Positions 28,029 to 41,402 of a stretch of 64,000 bases of DNA are shown one piece after another. The notes under the pieces were generated by a model that saw only the letters and a list, made by a program, of their open reading frames with translations, was not told the origin of the DNA and made no database searches. The stretch is from Calcarisporiella thermophila CBS 279.70 (taxonomy: Eukaryota; Fungi; Calcarisporiellomycota): contig NW_027192194.1 of NCBI RefSeq assembly GCF_041956535.1, forward strand, positions 465,444-529,443, given 5' to 3'. A program made the translations under genes and the position numbers. Numbering within the stretch: the stretch's first letter is position 1; each line of letters begins with the position of its first letter.

Positions 28029-30911
28029 GTTGAGAGGAACTTTTCAGTTTTTCTTCGATGAAAGCTGTTTCCTCAAGGATGTCAGGATGTTGAAGTAAGC
28101 GCGTAGGAGGCCTGGGACCTGTAACTCGAATGTTTTCTTTGAATGAACTGCGCCATTTCTAATTTCATTTTTAGTCATCTCAGGTGAAGGCTGGACAGAT
28201 TATTATTCAAGTAATTCTCTTAATGGCAACTAAATTGGGTGATTATTTTCCTTTCTGGCTCTTGAATAATAATGCGGGATAAGTTTCCATTTTAAATTAA
28301 CGACATTTTACTTCACACTATGAAATAATTATGACTAGTGCATAAAGTTCTTGAATTTGACCCTAGGCTACACTCACAACCTCAGGTGTACCAGCGACCT
28401 GCACAGTTACACTCTTTCTCTTGAAAGACATGCTCAAGCTACAGGGTGGAACATTCAAACAAAATGATGCATCTATTAGTTATTTGAACACCCACCTGAA
28501 AGACCAATCGAATGTAGTGATATCTTTTTATAAAATTCAACCACCCAGATCCTAGCATAAAGAAATTTTGTAGGAATAGAATGGTTGATCTCCATTGTCC
28601 AAGGGAATAACCTATACGACAAAATGAGAGCAATTCGAACAATTGTCTAGGCCGCACAGCTGGGCTTCCGTGCTAGGCCGATGTGCCATGAATTAGCGAT
28701 CCCATAGAGAAATGGGCAATGAGGGCAATCTGCTGGAGCCTGTCTCATTGACTTTAGGTTCTGGAGGGTCTTTAATGATATTAAAGACTATACTATAACC
28801 CAACCTAGCTCCAGGTGCCAACGACGTCGAATCTTGATAGAGAGGGTATACTAAAGTTATCCCATGTAATGAGCAAGTTGCAGTAACGATTTGCCCAATC
28901 GGTCTTTTTTGGAGTGGTTGATTGCAACTTCATGATGTGCCGATAGCTTATATGGAATATATATTGAAAAGCATGCGCCAAGTTCACATCTGTATTATCC
29001 ATAGTTCTGATCGAGGCGATCTGCCTAGCTTTGGGAAGGAGAGAAACATCGCGGACTTTTTATGGACACAATGGAAATCGGTATAATGTTTGGCTAAACC
29101 ACCGCCTAATTACTTTACCCGCTCATAAAAGGTTTCCTATAATATAAAAAATCACTCTCTACTCGCATAAAATTTTACCAACACAAGCATGCAGTACGAG
29201 GGGATACCATATAAAAAATCTGCATCAAGAATGTATTTGCTCTCTATTGGACCATTTATGATACCGGAAGTATTCAAAGTATTCACGATCCGTCTTACCC
29301 CTCGTTTGTAGCGTAGACCCCGTTTGTTTCCGCCGAATGAGTGAATATGAACTCACTCTTCTGGCGTCGTTAACTTTAGCTCGGGGTTGTATTATATCAG
29401 GCTATTTTCTGGATAGGTAGTCCGCAGTATTTCATGGCAATCACACCACCTACTAATTTCAACTCAATTCATATTACCATCAATTTCGCTAAGCTCTCGT
29501 ACTGGGGAAAAGTTTGTTTGTAGTCAATTGGGAAATGCATTTTTGGGATTCTACTATGCTTAGTGAGGCTGCTCAGCGGTATGGTTGTATAGGAAGCTAA
29601 AAGAAGCGCTTTGCGCATCGAGGCTTAGGTATGGCTTGCATTGTGTTGATGTTTGCCGATTCAAAAGCTAGGGAGATTAAAGTAAAATGAATAAAGACTG
29701 CGGGCCAAGATCTAAGCGCAAATTTTTATTGGACTCTAATATGTACGTAGAGAAAATACATTAAAATGTCAGCACAGAGAGAGCCTTAGTGGCACTAAAT
29801 TTTTCTTTGTGTTCAATTTAATTAACGTATTAATGGTTTATTGAACGTCCTCCAACTACAGAATCTTTTAGATGAAATCATAATGTTCAATGTAACAGCA
29901 TGGCTGGCACTGGTTATCGCGTGCGTAAGAGCTCATAATGTTTCTGTTACAGATGCTAAATCCAATATACTTATCATAAAGATCAAGTACAAAGAATGGA
30001 AATCTAACAGAGCATTGAAATTGCTTGAATCTATGCACTGAATAGTAGAGAATTTTTATACCTTTCAGGCTGCTCTCCCGGGTATATTCTATTAATTCTT
30101 AACCATAAGATGCGAGCAGCAGTATAAGAAAATTCCTATCAGGGCTCTCCATTGCCTCGAGATCCTTTAGGCTTCAATAACGAGAGTACTAGATGTTCGA
30201 CATGAACATCTTGGCAGATTGGTTTCTAGTTGCAATTCCAGTCGATGAAGCAACATTTAAAACCGACAAGAAGTGTGTGCCAAACATCCTGTAATTAACA
30301 GAGTCAAAGAGTCATCGCCAAGCATTGCTCAAAAGAAGACACGGTTGGCAGTTTGAGATTAGGAGAAACATCTCTTGGTATTTTAAAGAAAGCTTCTAGA
30401 AACTTGGAGAAGTCTTCTTCACTTAAAGCATTTCCGTGCTATTCTTTCTGTAGAGAGCAGAGAAGCAAAGCTCCGTCGTTGTATTGGTATTTCAATTACT
30501 CGGAGCAGAGTGGCGCCATCATCTAGAAAAGCAAGTCTGAGGGCGAATCTGGAGCTGCAGCGCTTGGTTGTAGAGGAGATGTCAATATGTGGTGCAGCAA
30601 CCCATATTAGGAAAAATGAGAAAGAGAACTTAAGAAAACTTCCGGATTTTGTCGGATAGAATAAACTCCCAAGATGACCAACCGGCGTTTTTCCATCGCC
30701 CGCGGAAAATGGCTTAAATTGCTGCTGACCAACGATTTCGCCTGATTAATTTAAAACTTTACCTTGGCTTCTATTTATAAGATCCACCCTTATAAATCCA
30801 CTTATATAAAATTCATCCCCTTCACACCCTGCCCATCTTCCTTCCACTTTTTCACAACGTCCCTCTACGCAATCCTCATCTGTCTCCATCTCTCAACTTC
30901 TGTTATACACC

Positions 30912-31913
30912 ATGTTATCCGGATATTCTCCCCTTCCCTCTTCTCCCACCTCCCGGCAGCGTCGGCCTGCTGTCCGTAGACACTCATCACGCTACGACCC
31001 AATGGCATCATCGATGATGCAAAAGTCGTCCGACACCCGATCCTTGCCTCATCAACGAGCAAATCTACCTTCGATCTCTGCTCATCTTAGCTCCTCCCAC
31101 GTCAATCCAGATGCTTCCGGCCTTGTCGATATTGCCACCGCGATAATAAAATCCGCTTGGCCTGAGTCGTCGGTCTCTACCCAATCCTCGAGGTTAATCC
31201 CTCTGCATCAATTCATCGAGGTGTCTCTACGTCGCAGCCATAGCACATTTGCGGTGTTCCAGCTTGCACTGCTGTATCTTTTTCGCGTCAAAGGCCGGTT
31301 GGATTCACACATCAGCGATTTGCCAAGCCAACTTCAATGCGGGCGTCGCATTTTTGTTGGTTGCCTGATCCTTGCGAACAAGTATCTTCAGGATAGAAAC
31401 TACTCGAATAAGGCTTGGTCGAAAATCGTTGGGCTGCCCAAATCAGAAGTCAACCAGCTCGAGATCTCAATGCTTCAGCTGTTGGATTGGAAGCTCTTTG
31501 TGGGAGTAGACATATTTTTGCGGTGGAGTCGAATGCTGATGATGCAAAGTCGGTTGCTAAGAAGCCATCGCTTACACCAATCTATATTCGAATCTCCTGT
31601 CCAAACTGCCCTACCCCCTCCGTCGCTTTTGCCCTCTCCTACTTCCTCACCCTCCCAATCTCCTTCATGCACTGTATCATTTATATCCGATGGAGGGGAG
31701 AGAGTCTCAATGCCCTCGCCTGCATCGTCAGTTTCGTCCGCTATGTCCTCCAACTGGTCTGCTCAGTCCAGAGCACTCTGTACTCCACAGCTCCCGGACG
31801 CATTCACACCCAAATATCCTAGTCCCCTTACTCAGGAGAGCACCTTCTTTCCCAAAACACATCGTATTGTGCCTCAATATTCTCTTCCGACGTCTTCGGC
31901 CCTTAATTTTTAA
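30912..31913 (+). CDS. Pho85-type cyclin (PCL1/PCL5-like), intronless
   Basis: Cyclin box QCGRRIFVGCLILANKYLQDRNYSNKAWSKIVGLPKSEVNQLEISMLQLLDWKLFV; Ser/Pro-rich PEST-like tail. Confidence 0.9.
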   Translation: MLSGYSPLPSSPTSRQRRPAVRRHSSRYDPMASSMMQKSSDTRSLPHQRANLPSISAHLSSSHVNPDASGLVDIATAIIKSAWPESSVSTQSSRLIPLHQFIEVSLRRSHSTFAVFQLALLYLFRVKGRLDSHISDLPSQLQCGRRIFVGCLILANKYLQDRNYSNKAWSKIVGLPKSEVNQLEISMLQLLDWKLFVGVDIFLRWSRMLMMQSRLLRSHRLHQSIFESPVQTALPPPSLLPSPTSSPSQSPSCTVSFISDGGERVSMPSPASSVSSAMSSNWSAQSRALCTPQLPDAFTPKYPSPLTQESTFFPKTHRIVPQYSLPTSSALNF

Positions 31914-33169
31914 ATACTCGCCGGGCTCTATCGGATGTATAGATTTTGGTCAACTGTATAGACATTTTCTTCACCCTTGACTCAACTGCATTTGGTATTG
32001 TTATTGGTATTTTCATTGTGCACTTCTTAGAGAAACCCTTTCAGCATTTTGGTATTTCTTTAGAATACACTGGCTGTGTAAATATTCACTTGCCCCTATT
32101 AATAGGGCTTATTTCATCAATCTATTTATTTTTCTTCACTTTTTTTATTCTCAACCCGATCACCCCCTTTATTTTTATTACTAAAGCATGACACTAATAA
32201 ATTTTAATCCTGATAATTTAATTTTATTTTCATGGGAAGAAACTCCAAGTTCTTTGGCTAAGCTAAGGCTCTAACCCTCCCATTATCATGAGGCTATGTT
32301 GCAGTGCTGTGCTAGGTAGCTCAGAAGAAAAGAAATGAAAAGAAAAGAAAATAGCATATGAAAAAAAAGGAAATACAAAAGGAAGAAGTGATGTTCTGAA
32401 GTAGTCACAATTAATTAAAGCTCCTTCAATAAAAGAATATTCCTAAATTCTCTCACTTGTGAGAGAAAGAGGAAATCTGCGAGAACTGAATTAAACTTTT
32501 AAGGCTGACGTTAAATTTTTTCAGAGGTGAGTGCTTGATAGCGGAGAGAAAGGGGGAATGCAATGGGATCAAAGTGAGCTTCCTCCGATGGTCTAGGGAT
32601 GAGCTCAACATTTAAAAAAAAAAAAGCCCAGCTCAAAACTCGGGTGAGAGTCCCCTTAATCTATAAATAAAACAACCAAAAATGTATATTTTGCTGAGAA
32701 CTTGAGCTTGGGACCCCAAGTTGGGGACTACCCTGTTATACTTGAGCATAAAGTAAACGATATGATAGCAAAAACAATATATCCCTTCACTGCGAATCTC
32801 AAAGAAGGGATATAATGGCGGTACTAAATTGCCATTGGTGTATCCGCTCAAACTGGTAATCAGCTTTGCCCAAACTCCTGTTTAGAGCCAACATCAGGCC
32901 CATTGCATAATACAAAAAAGTTAATAGATCTTGCACGCACTTAAGAGATTCTAAAGTAACAGGCGATAAATCATGAATGAATTATTATGAGAAAGAAGAT
33001 AAAACACAAATAATATAGAAAAAAAAAATGGCAAAGAAAAGATAAATAGTGTTAAATCTGACTATATGTTCCTTTGTACTGGACCTTACAATTATTTTAT
33101 TGAATTATAAAGCGACGTAGAGGAAATAAAGGGCTAGCCTCTTGTTCTTGAAAAAGGAACAACATCATC

Positions 33170-33956
33170 CTAATAGAAGAGGGTCGCATTAGAGGGGACT
33201 TCAAAGTCGATCTCATCACGGCGAACACGGCCACCACGCTGACGATTACCACCAGCGACACGACGCCCACCACGCTGTTGACCGCGGTTGAATTGGCCAC
33301 GATTTCCCTGACCTCTATTTCCTTGAACTCGGTTTCCTTGACCTCGGTTTCCTTGACCTCGGTTTCCTTGAACTCGGTTTCCGCCAGCTCCACGGTTTCC
33401 AACAATGCGAACATCGGCACAGTTGAGATATGGTTTAGCCGGCAACACTGCAAGCCACCGATAGCGCATAGTGCACTTGTTGCAAGTCACTCCTTGCGGC
33501 AACTGGAGAGTACGACTGAAGTCTCCGACAGTCTTGGCGCAGTCATTGACCTTGAGGAGCTGTTGGAACCTTCCGTTGTCACCATTGGGAGAGAGCTCGA
33601 AGAAGCAAGGGCCATCATGGGCGATGGAGATATGCCATTTAACCTGAACTTGCTGTCCGGCTTGGAAAGTGGTCTTCACTTGACCGGGAGGACTGCCACC
33701 GCAAGGGAAGTTCTCCGTGGGACCTTCGGTGTTAATGAAGTCATTGCGGGCAGAATCACCGGGTTTAATACGGATCGCAGGGAACGTCTAGAGATTGAAT
33801 ATTGAACAAACATTATTCATACCGATCATGATCCGGACCAGGGGGGACATAAATGTAGCTTACCATACGACCGTGAGCAGATACAAAAGACGGGGCCAGC
33901 CCAAAAAGGAAGAAGAAGCTGACAGCAGCAGAAAGGAACGTACTCTTGAGTGCCAT
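33170..33956 (-). CDS. Secreted LPMO-like (histidine-brace copper) protein with cationic repeat tail
   Basis: Exon1 33864-33956 MALKSTFLSAAVSFFFLFGLAPSFVSA-HGRM; exon2 33170-33787 TFPAIR..FPCGG..WHISIAHDGPC..CNKCTMRYRW..PYLNCADVRI then GNRxQ repeats. Confidence 0.8.
33270..33400 (-). repeat. 15-bp coding tandem repeat (GNR[GV]Q pentapeptide)
   Basis: GGAAACCGAG(G/T)TCAA units repeated several times with degenerate flanking copies. Confidence 0.9.
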
Positions 33957-36362
33957 GGATGAAGCGATGATAATATAGATGCGGGGAGATGCGAGATGTA
34001 GATGATATAGATGGTGTGTGGAGAGAAATGAGAGAGGAGAAGAGGAGTGAGAACCTGCTCTGTTATAGTGTGGGGCCCCTTCTGATGGTTAGTTGATGCA
34101 AAAGCGTTAGTATTCGGAGGAGGGAAAAAATAACAGCGCAAAATTTTGTCTTGGGTGGGCATTTTATATTAAGCTTTCGCTCTTCGGTAACAGGTATCTG
34201 ATAAAAATAACATTTAACCAGTAAAGGCATATGTGTCTCTTTGGTGTTTATTTGAACCCATTTTTTTTTAAATAGAGCACACAATTCCACGCTCTCCGAA
34301 TCCATACAAACCATCTTTAAGCTTGAATCAAAAGCCCTCTGCGTACCATGCTTTCACAGGGTGGCGCACGCATCATTTTGTTGGTAAGTATGATTTGTGG
34401 ATTCCAAGTGGGACTTGTGTATTCTGCCCTTAGCGTCCGACTTTCCTTACATATCATCGCCCATTCCGGGGGGGAGAATGCCCATGAACCGATTCGGAGG
34501 CTGAGTAAGCCCCTATCCCACGCAAATTTAGCGATTTTGGCTTTTTCACCCACTTTGACCCAGGTAGTTTTTTATTGATTCGTGCCATAAAATATTAACC
34601 AGGAAACGGAATCATTGGGAAGATGGCTTTTACATGCTTGTGGTAACCAGTGGATTTGTCTTTAAGCAGAGCTGGTCCGACAAGTTTTTCTCCTCCCAAA
34701 ACGAAAATAAAGAGTGCGTTTTCATGGAGACCCAGTTATTGCTGTCAATACGTCAATGGGTTTAGTACGTGCGCTTTGATGAAAGTATACCCGAAAGCCC
34801 TAGAGTGAGACTCGGCGTAATACGCCGTGAAATGGATAGAGTCCTGGAAAATATATGCCTTTTCTCGGGTTTTCTGCGCTCTACGGAATATCAGGGTTTC
34901 GACCTTCCGTTTCAGGTTACGAAAGCGGGCAGCACCATTCTCCTTGGCGTGTAAAGATCTTGGCAAGGCTATTCTTTCGATGTCAAGAGACTCTTGGCTC
35001 TATCCATCACCTTACCTTTCCCCTTCTTTGCAACAGCATTCTCAAAGAGATTTACTAAGCTACATTCTCTATCTGAGTCACAAATCGGAGATGACAAAGG
35101 TACAAACCATCGCCACTTTTTCAAATTATGTCTTGCCCGCCTATCCCATTGTGAACACATTGTACACGGGAATTACCGCTTTTACCCGATGCAAATGCCT
35201 TATATAAATAAATAACTGGAGTGCAAAATCAGGGTTGTGCTGCATTATACTACAACGCTAATGCAAATGTATGCTTGACATCCATGATAATGCCCTTGGC
35301 TATTCCCATGTGGGATCAGGGCAAATAAAAGATGGATAATCCTTTGTCGCCAGGAGCGATTTATCAGCGTCACGCTAATGCCCCTCTTTATTGCGAAGTG
35401 TTACGGAAAGGTTGGCATATTTAACATACATTCTCATTTCAGAACATGGATATCTACAAGGGCATGTAAAGATTTAGTTAGATGCGCAAACGGTTTATAA
35501 TACCCGATAGATAGTGGAGATATAATCTCGTACAATATTCTAATGGCTAGGATTTTTATAATGTCATACTTACCGTATCGCCATCATGAAAGTTACATTG
35601 AAATTTAAGCTTTGGGCAGAAGAGGAATGCGGATTCAGTCCCTTGGAAGTATATAAAAATGCATTTTCAATACACTTTGAGAGAACTGGCTCTTAGTTTG
35701 ATGTCAAGGCATGGATGAAGCCAAGATCGTAAAGGGGCTTATTCGTCCGGTCTTTTTCGTCTAATAATGCTTACTATGAATACATAAAAGATAGTCTATA
35801 GTCTAAGTTTCTCAGCTTTTATTAAATGATTACTAAATATATAATCGTATCTCTTTTTTTTGGGGAGGGGGGGCTTGTTCATCACCGTCTAGTTATTGAT
35901 AAACAAATCAAGTAGTTAGTCTTTGATATAAGGCAGTGCCTCTTCTCAATTTTCCACATAAAAAGAGATTGCCATTAATGATCTGACTACAACTTTTCTT
36001 GTGCGCTAACATGACGAGCATATCAATAGCCATAATGGGTTCGAGTTTTGGCGCAACTGGGATGAATAGGAAAGTTTCAAACAAAATCATTATGATAAAC
36101 ATTGACTGCGAAACTAATGTGATCGGAGCTACTGTTCTCTTCTATAGGGGCTTCTGGGGCAAAGCTTGAGCTTCAGCATAGAAGAATAATGGACTAAAGC
36201 TCTGGTGGGATACCAGAGAGTGGTAGTCTTGCACTGGGTTAATAACCTAGTTTACGTAGAATGTCCTTTAATGGAATTGAGTCACACATTAATTCTGTGA
36301 AATTGATATTTGGTTATTATTTCTCTTTTAATTGGCGTTGTTTTCGCGAATCCTTATTTCCA

Positions 36363-37852
36363 ATGGAGAGCGATCATACAGAAAATAACACAACAGGGAC
36401 ATTGGTTGAGGATGACTACACATATGTAAATAATTTGTATAATGCGTGTTGCGATCTTTACGCCAAAGTTGGATGTCTTCAGGTGGATGGAATAGATAGA
36501 TTAAAGGCGTTAATTGTCTCCGAGAAACGATTTCTTGAGCGGGTACCTTTACGTAGCACTATAAGTAGCTTAACATTAATTGACTTTAACTCTATTATCG
36601 ACAGCTGATCCAATGCCCTAATGAGATGCATCATGTCGTTACGACGAATTTGAATTACCTCTCGGCAGTATACGATACAATTATCGGGAGTGAGAATGTT
36701 GTCGGTGTCATGCAATTATTTAGATATGGGGATATTTCCAAAAAAGCGAAACGACACGAGCTACGGGTAGATGTCGTAGCAAATGGGGGACTGCGTTGGA
36801 TTAAGGTTACTGCAAGAAATTTGAAGGCATTAAGACATGAACTTTCGGGATTCGAGGATATCGAGGAAGACGAAGAAGATTGGAGCAGCAATGAGGACGA
36901 ACCTAGTAAACACAATGGAACGCAGGAGCATGGAGCAGCAAACGGCTTCGAGAACGAAGAGAGCAATCATTTCTCCCTTTCCTCCTTGCCTTTGTTTCGC
37001 TCTGCCCGCCAGTATCTGACTGCCGCATCTTACAATACGATACATTTCCGCGTACCAGAGATAGTGTTTTTATTTGCATCCATCCGTCGGGGAGAGAATG
37101 AGCTAGTAGAACGCAAGATATTTTCACAGCTAGAGGATATGGGGATACTAGTCGAACTTGGCCCTAAATCGCCCCGCGGCAAGGCAAGGACCACATTCTG
37201 TCAGAGTCTGCACGTCCGAGCGCAGACTCTGACAGAGTGTCTGAATCTTGACATCACTACTTTGGTCACGCTTGTGTCGAGTCTTTGCCATACCCCCAAT
37301 GTATCACCGGATATATTTGACGCCCAGGCTCTTAAGTTCCAGGCCGAAGAGGAAGCAATTTCACCACTTTTAACTCGCTTGCGGGCCATGCTTCGTGGCC
37401 ATAAGTTATACACGACTGAATCCGCTCGCGCCAAATTTATGGAAATCGTAGATCTAATGGGTGGGCCGGTAGAGAAAGCGCGTGCAAATTCCTTGTTTGC
37501 TGGCCCTGGTCTCGGCCTCGGCACCGATCCCGAAAACGATTCAACTGACGGACTCCAGCGACAGTTGTGGGCACACTTCCTGAGCGACGAGGACGCAGTT
37601 CTACCGCGCATCCAAGTCTTACCTGACCAGCCGTCTGAGCGGTTCCTTGGGCTCCGTGGGCACAATAAGATCTCGGAAGCGCACATTGCCGTTTTTGGGA
37701 CCGGCGACGCGCACCAGATGAATACGCTCACGTCTAACGTGAAGGTGCACAGGGCGTTAATTGAGGCGGGGATAGATGCTGGATTGGTTCTCCATGGGGC
37801 GCGCAGTTTGGCTGAGAATCGGATGAAGAGCGCGGGAGCGGAAGCACTTTAA
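36363..37852 (+). CDS. DUF1308 / C7orf25 (UPF0415)-like protein
   Basis: VDVVANGGLRWIKV, LNLDITTLVTLVS, MGGPVEKARA, VFGTGDA..TLTSN, HGARSLAE; one intron at about 36544-36604. Confidence 0.85.
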
Positions 37853-38398
37853 TTTCAGGGGGCTTCCATGGCCCTTCTCTCCTCTTATCCCATCATTTGT
37901 GGAACATGACAGAGAAGAGTGGTGCAAGAACCTTGATGATTGCATGATTCATAAACCCTAACTTATTCCTCACATTACTTTAATGCATCACTTGTGATTG
38001 CGGAATTATCTGGACTCGTGCTTGTGTACTAGTTTTTTTGGATTTCCCTTGCTCTGAGTTGAGCCGTTCTCTCTGGGCTACTTTTCCACCGTAGTGCCTG
38101 TACTACCATAATTTACCTATTTCTGCCCTTGCTCGCGTGATCCAAGTGATGTTATTATTAAAAGCGGCGAAATCCCACGCCCGAATAAACCGTTGGCTCC
38201 CCTGGTCGAAAAGGCATTATTGGGTTAAAATTTGGGCAATTTCTCTCGTCTCGAGAAAAGAGTTATAAGTTTCTCTGCTCCCTCCCTCGATTGCGTGAGA
38301 GAAAAACGAAGCCAGCGTGCGCGATTTCCCTTCCCCTCTCCTCACCTCTGCCATTATCCCCACCATTACGGGAAAATAAAGAAGCTAAAGACGCGTCA

Positions 38399-41300
38399 AT
38401 GAACGGAAAAAGTTCCGATACAATACTTCCTCTCGTGAGCGAGAAAATTGCCATTTCCGAGGAGCTTAGGCGGAGACAGGTTAGTTCGTAGATGATGAGT
38501 TATGGTTTTTGACTAGTACCTAACCTGTTTCAACAGCGAAGAGGATTAAATCGCGTGGTGGTAATTACTGCTTCCACCATTGCCATTGTCCTTGTTGTCG
38601 TCCTTGCGACTTATTTCGGTGTTACCAAAGCACGCACATATCACGAGAGCGGTGTGTTAATGATATCTTGCTCTTTGATTACCATTTTTCAATAATGTTT
38701 GTTTTGCTCTTTGCTCAGTTCCTAATTCCTACCTTGCTGTTGATCCAATTAAGGACAGAATCGACTTCGAAGACTTCGCTAATAGAACGTTCAGAGCTAA
38801 ACTTATCAGTGTGCAGTGGGAGAAAGATGGTAAAAAAACACAGAGCTCTTCAGCGCCCCTCTTTTTTGATATGAATAACTCTACTGTTGAATTGTATTAG
38901 CCAACGCGCCCCTCTACTCGAAGCAGGATGATGATAACAATATTTTCATTGTTAATGCTGCAGACAAGTCGAACACCACGCTCGTGAATGCGGCTGATAT
39001 CAAGATTGATGGCAAATTGATCAGTATCGATGGATACGAAATTTCACCAGACAAAGAGTATGTGCTTATCCAGACCAACAATACCAAGGTGAATATGTTC
39101 TTTTTCTTGCCATTTTCTTCAGTATACTTATCGGATTGCTTTCTTACTTTATAGCTTTGGCGCCACTCTTTCTATGCTCATTACTACGTTTTTAATGTAA
39201 AATCCAAGGAGGTGAAGCCACTCTTGCAAAGCCAGGACTTGAGTGCCAAACCCGAGGTTCAGTACGTCGCTTGGAGTCCTTCGGGCCATAGTCTAGTAAA
39301 TGATCAAATATGTTCTACTATTTTCATCACATATTGATTCTTGATCTTTTTTTATAAATAGCTATACATTCTGAAGAATGATATATATATCCGCAAAGAC
39401 TTGGGCGACAGTGTTCGCGTTACCAACGATGGCTCTAACCTGATCTTCAACGGACATTCGGACTGGGTTTACGAGGAAGAAGTCCTTTCTTCACAAATCG
39501 CTGTCTGGTGGTCCCCTGACTCGACGCACATTGCTTTCCTACGCTTCAATGATACAAATGTGCCAGATTTCCACTATCCGCTCTACGTCAATGACAAGTC
39601 GTACCCTGATGATATTGTCATTAAATACCCTAAGGCTGGCTTCCCCAACCCGACCGTCTCTCTCAACGTTCATGCGCTGGGCACTGAAGGTTTCAAAGAG
39701 GTGCCCGTACCTAATTCTCAGCCCGCACTAGAAGACCGCGTGATCACGGAGATTGAGTGGACCACGGACACACACGATAAATTGCTATTCCGCGTTGCTA
39801 ACCGTGTGCAGGACCAATACAAGGTTGTGCTCTTCGACGTTGCCTCAGGAAACGCACAGGTAGTTCGAGAAGCGTCTGCAGGCGATCAGGGCTGGTTCGA
39901 TCCCGATAAGTCTCTCATCTATGTCTCTCCTGGGAATTCAGGCCGGCAGCCAGGATATATCGACCTAGTTGATATTAATGGATACAACCACTTGGCATTC
40001 TACTCCCCTCTGGATGCGAAGGAGCCCGTGTGGCTAACTCAAGGTCAGTGGGAGGTTGTTGGTGCACCCGTGGCAGTGGATGCGAACAGCGGGCTTGTGT
40101 ACGTGTTCGGATTTCTTCGACTATTTGTATAACTTTGATCTTACAAGTGTTTTGTTTTATCCAGCTATTACATTTCTACTGAGCGTGATTCGACTGAACG
40201 CCATCTCTATTCAGTGACGTTGGATGGCAAGAACAAGACAGCGCTCACAGACACTTCAAAACCAGGATACTATAGCGCAAGTTTCTCATCCAATAGCGGC
40301 TATTACCTTTTAACTTACGCAGGTCCCGAGATCCCATACCAGATAATGCGAAAGGCTAACTCAGGTACTTGGGGATTTATATCCTGTTGTGGTTTAGTTA
40401 AAGCCCTTATTTATTCTTTTCCTTACTCTATTTTCTAGCGGAAGAATATTCTGTGGAGGATAACACCGGGCTCAAGGCCGCGCTCACCAATATTAAATTG
40501 CCTACGAAACGCTTCACCACCATTCAGAGCGAAGGAGCTACACTTAATGCAATGGAGATTTTACCCGTTGGCTTCGACGAAAGTCGCAAATATCCCGTAC
40601 TCTTCCGTGTGTACGGTGGTCCGAACTCGCAGCTGGTGGCCAAGACTTGGACAGCCTCAGACTGGCACACTTATCTTGCCTCGAGCCCAAACCATCAATA
40701 CATCATTGTGATTGTGGACGGTCGGGGAACTGGTTTTAAGGGGAAGGATTTTAGAAAAGTGGTTACCAAGAGGCTCGGTGAGCTGGAGACAATTGACCAA
40801 GTGAATGCAGGAAAGCACTGGGCCAGTTTACCCTATGTGGACAGTAGTAAAATCGCCATCTGGGGATGGGTAAGCGTCGGATTATCCTTTCCAACCATAC
40901 GTGTTTCTTCTTTTGGTTCTGCTGCATTGAAATTATATTAATGTGCCGAAATCTCTCCACTTTTGTGTAGTCATATGGTGGTTATATGACCAGCAAAGTC
41001 ATCGAGGCGAACTCTCGCGTCTTCAAAGCTGGTATTGCGGTTGCACCTGTAACAGATTGGCGTCTGTACGACTCTATTTACACAGAACGTTACATGAAGA
41101 CTCCCGAGGCAAACCCCGAGGGCTACAAGAAGAGCGCTGTTGTCAACACGGAAGGGTTCGGCAATTCGTCTTTCTTGCTTGTGCACGGAACCGCCGATGA
41201 CAACGTACACTTCCAGAACTCGGCCCTACTTGCTCACCGCCTTACCCAAGCGAAGGTCGAGTTCCAAGAGCATGTGTACACAGATAGCGATCACGGAATC

Positions 41301-41402
41301 AACTTTGGCAAATCAACCCAGAGACATCTATATCGCTCGCTCACAGACTTTTTGACCGACGTATTCGCAAAACAGCCTGCGGCGGCTACCCCCTCTAACT
41401 GA
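38399..41402 (+). CDS. Dipeptidyl peptidase IV (S9B; Dap2/Ste13-like type II membrane protein)
   Basis: N-terminal TM, WRHSF, DWVYEEE, YPKAG, GW|SYGG nucleophile, HGTADDNVH, DSDH. Confidence 0.96.

Noticed and set aside
33097-33805. ORFs with ETEVK and LTSVS repeats
   Set aside because: Alternative frame and antisense readings of the 15-bp GNRxQ repeat in the LPMO-like gene; not a CRISPR array (no spacers)
35567-35575. ATACTTACC, the U1 snRNA 5' end
   Set aside because: No U1 stem-loops or Sm site follow; better explained as a minus-strand splice donor
35260-35600. Faint resemblance to a Ty3/gypsy integrase (FVARSDLS versus VARDDLS)
   Set aside because: Only a few residues match, frames are broken, and no LTR or RT/RNase H is nearby
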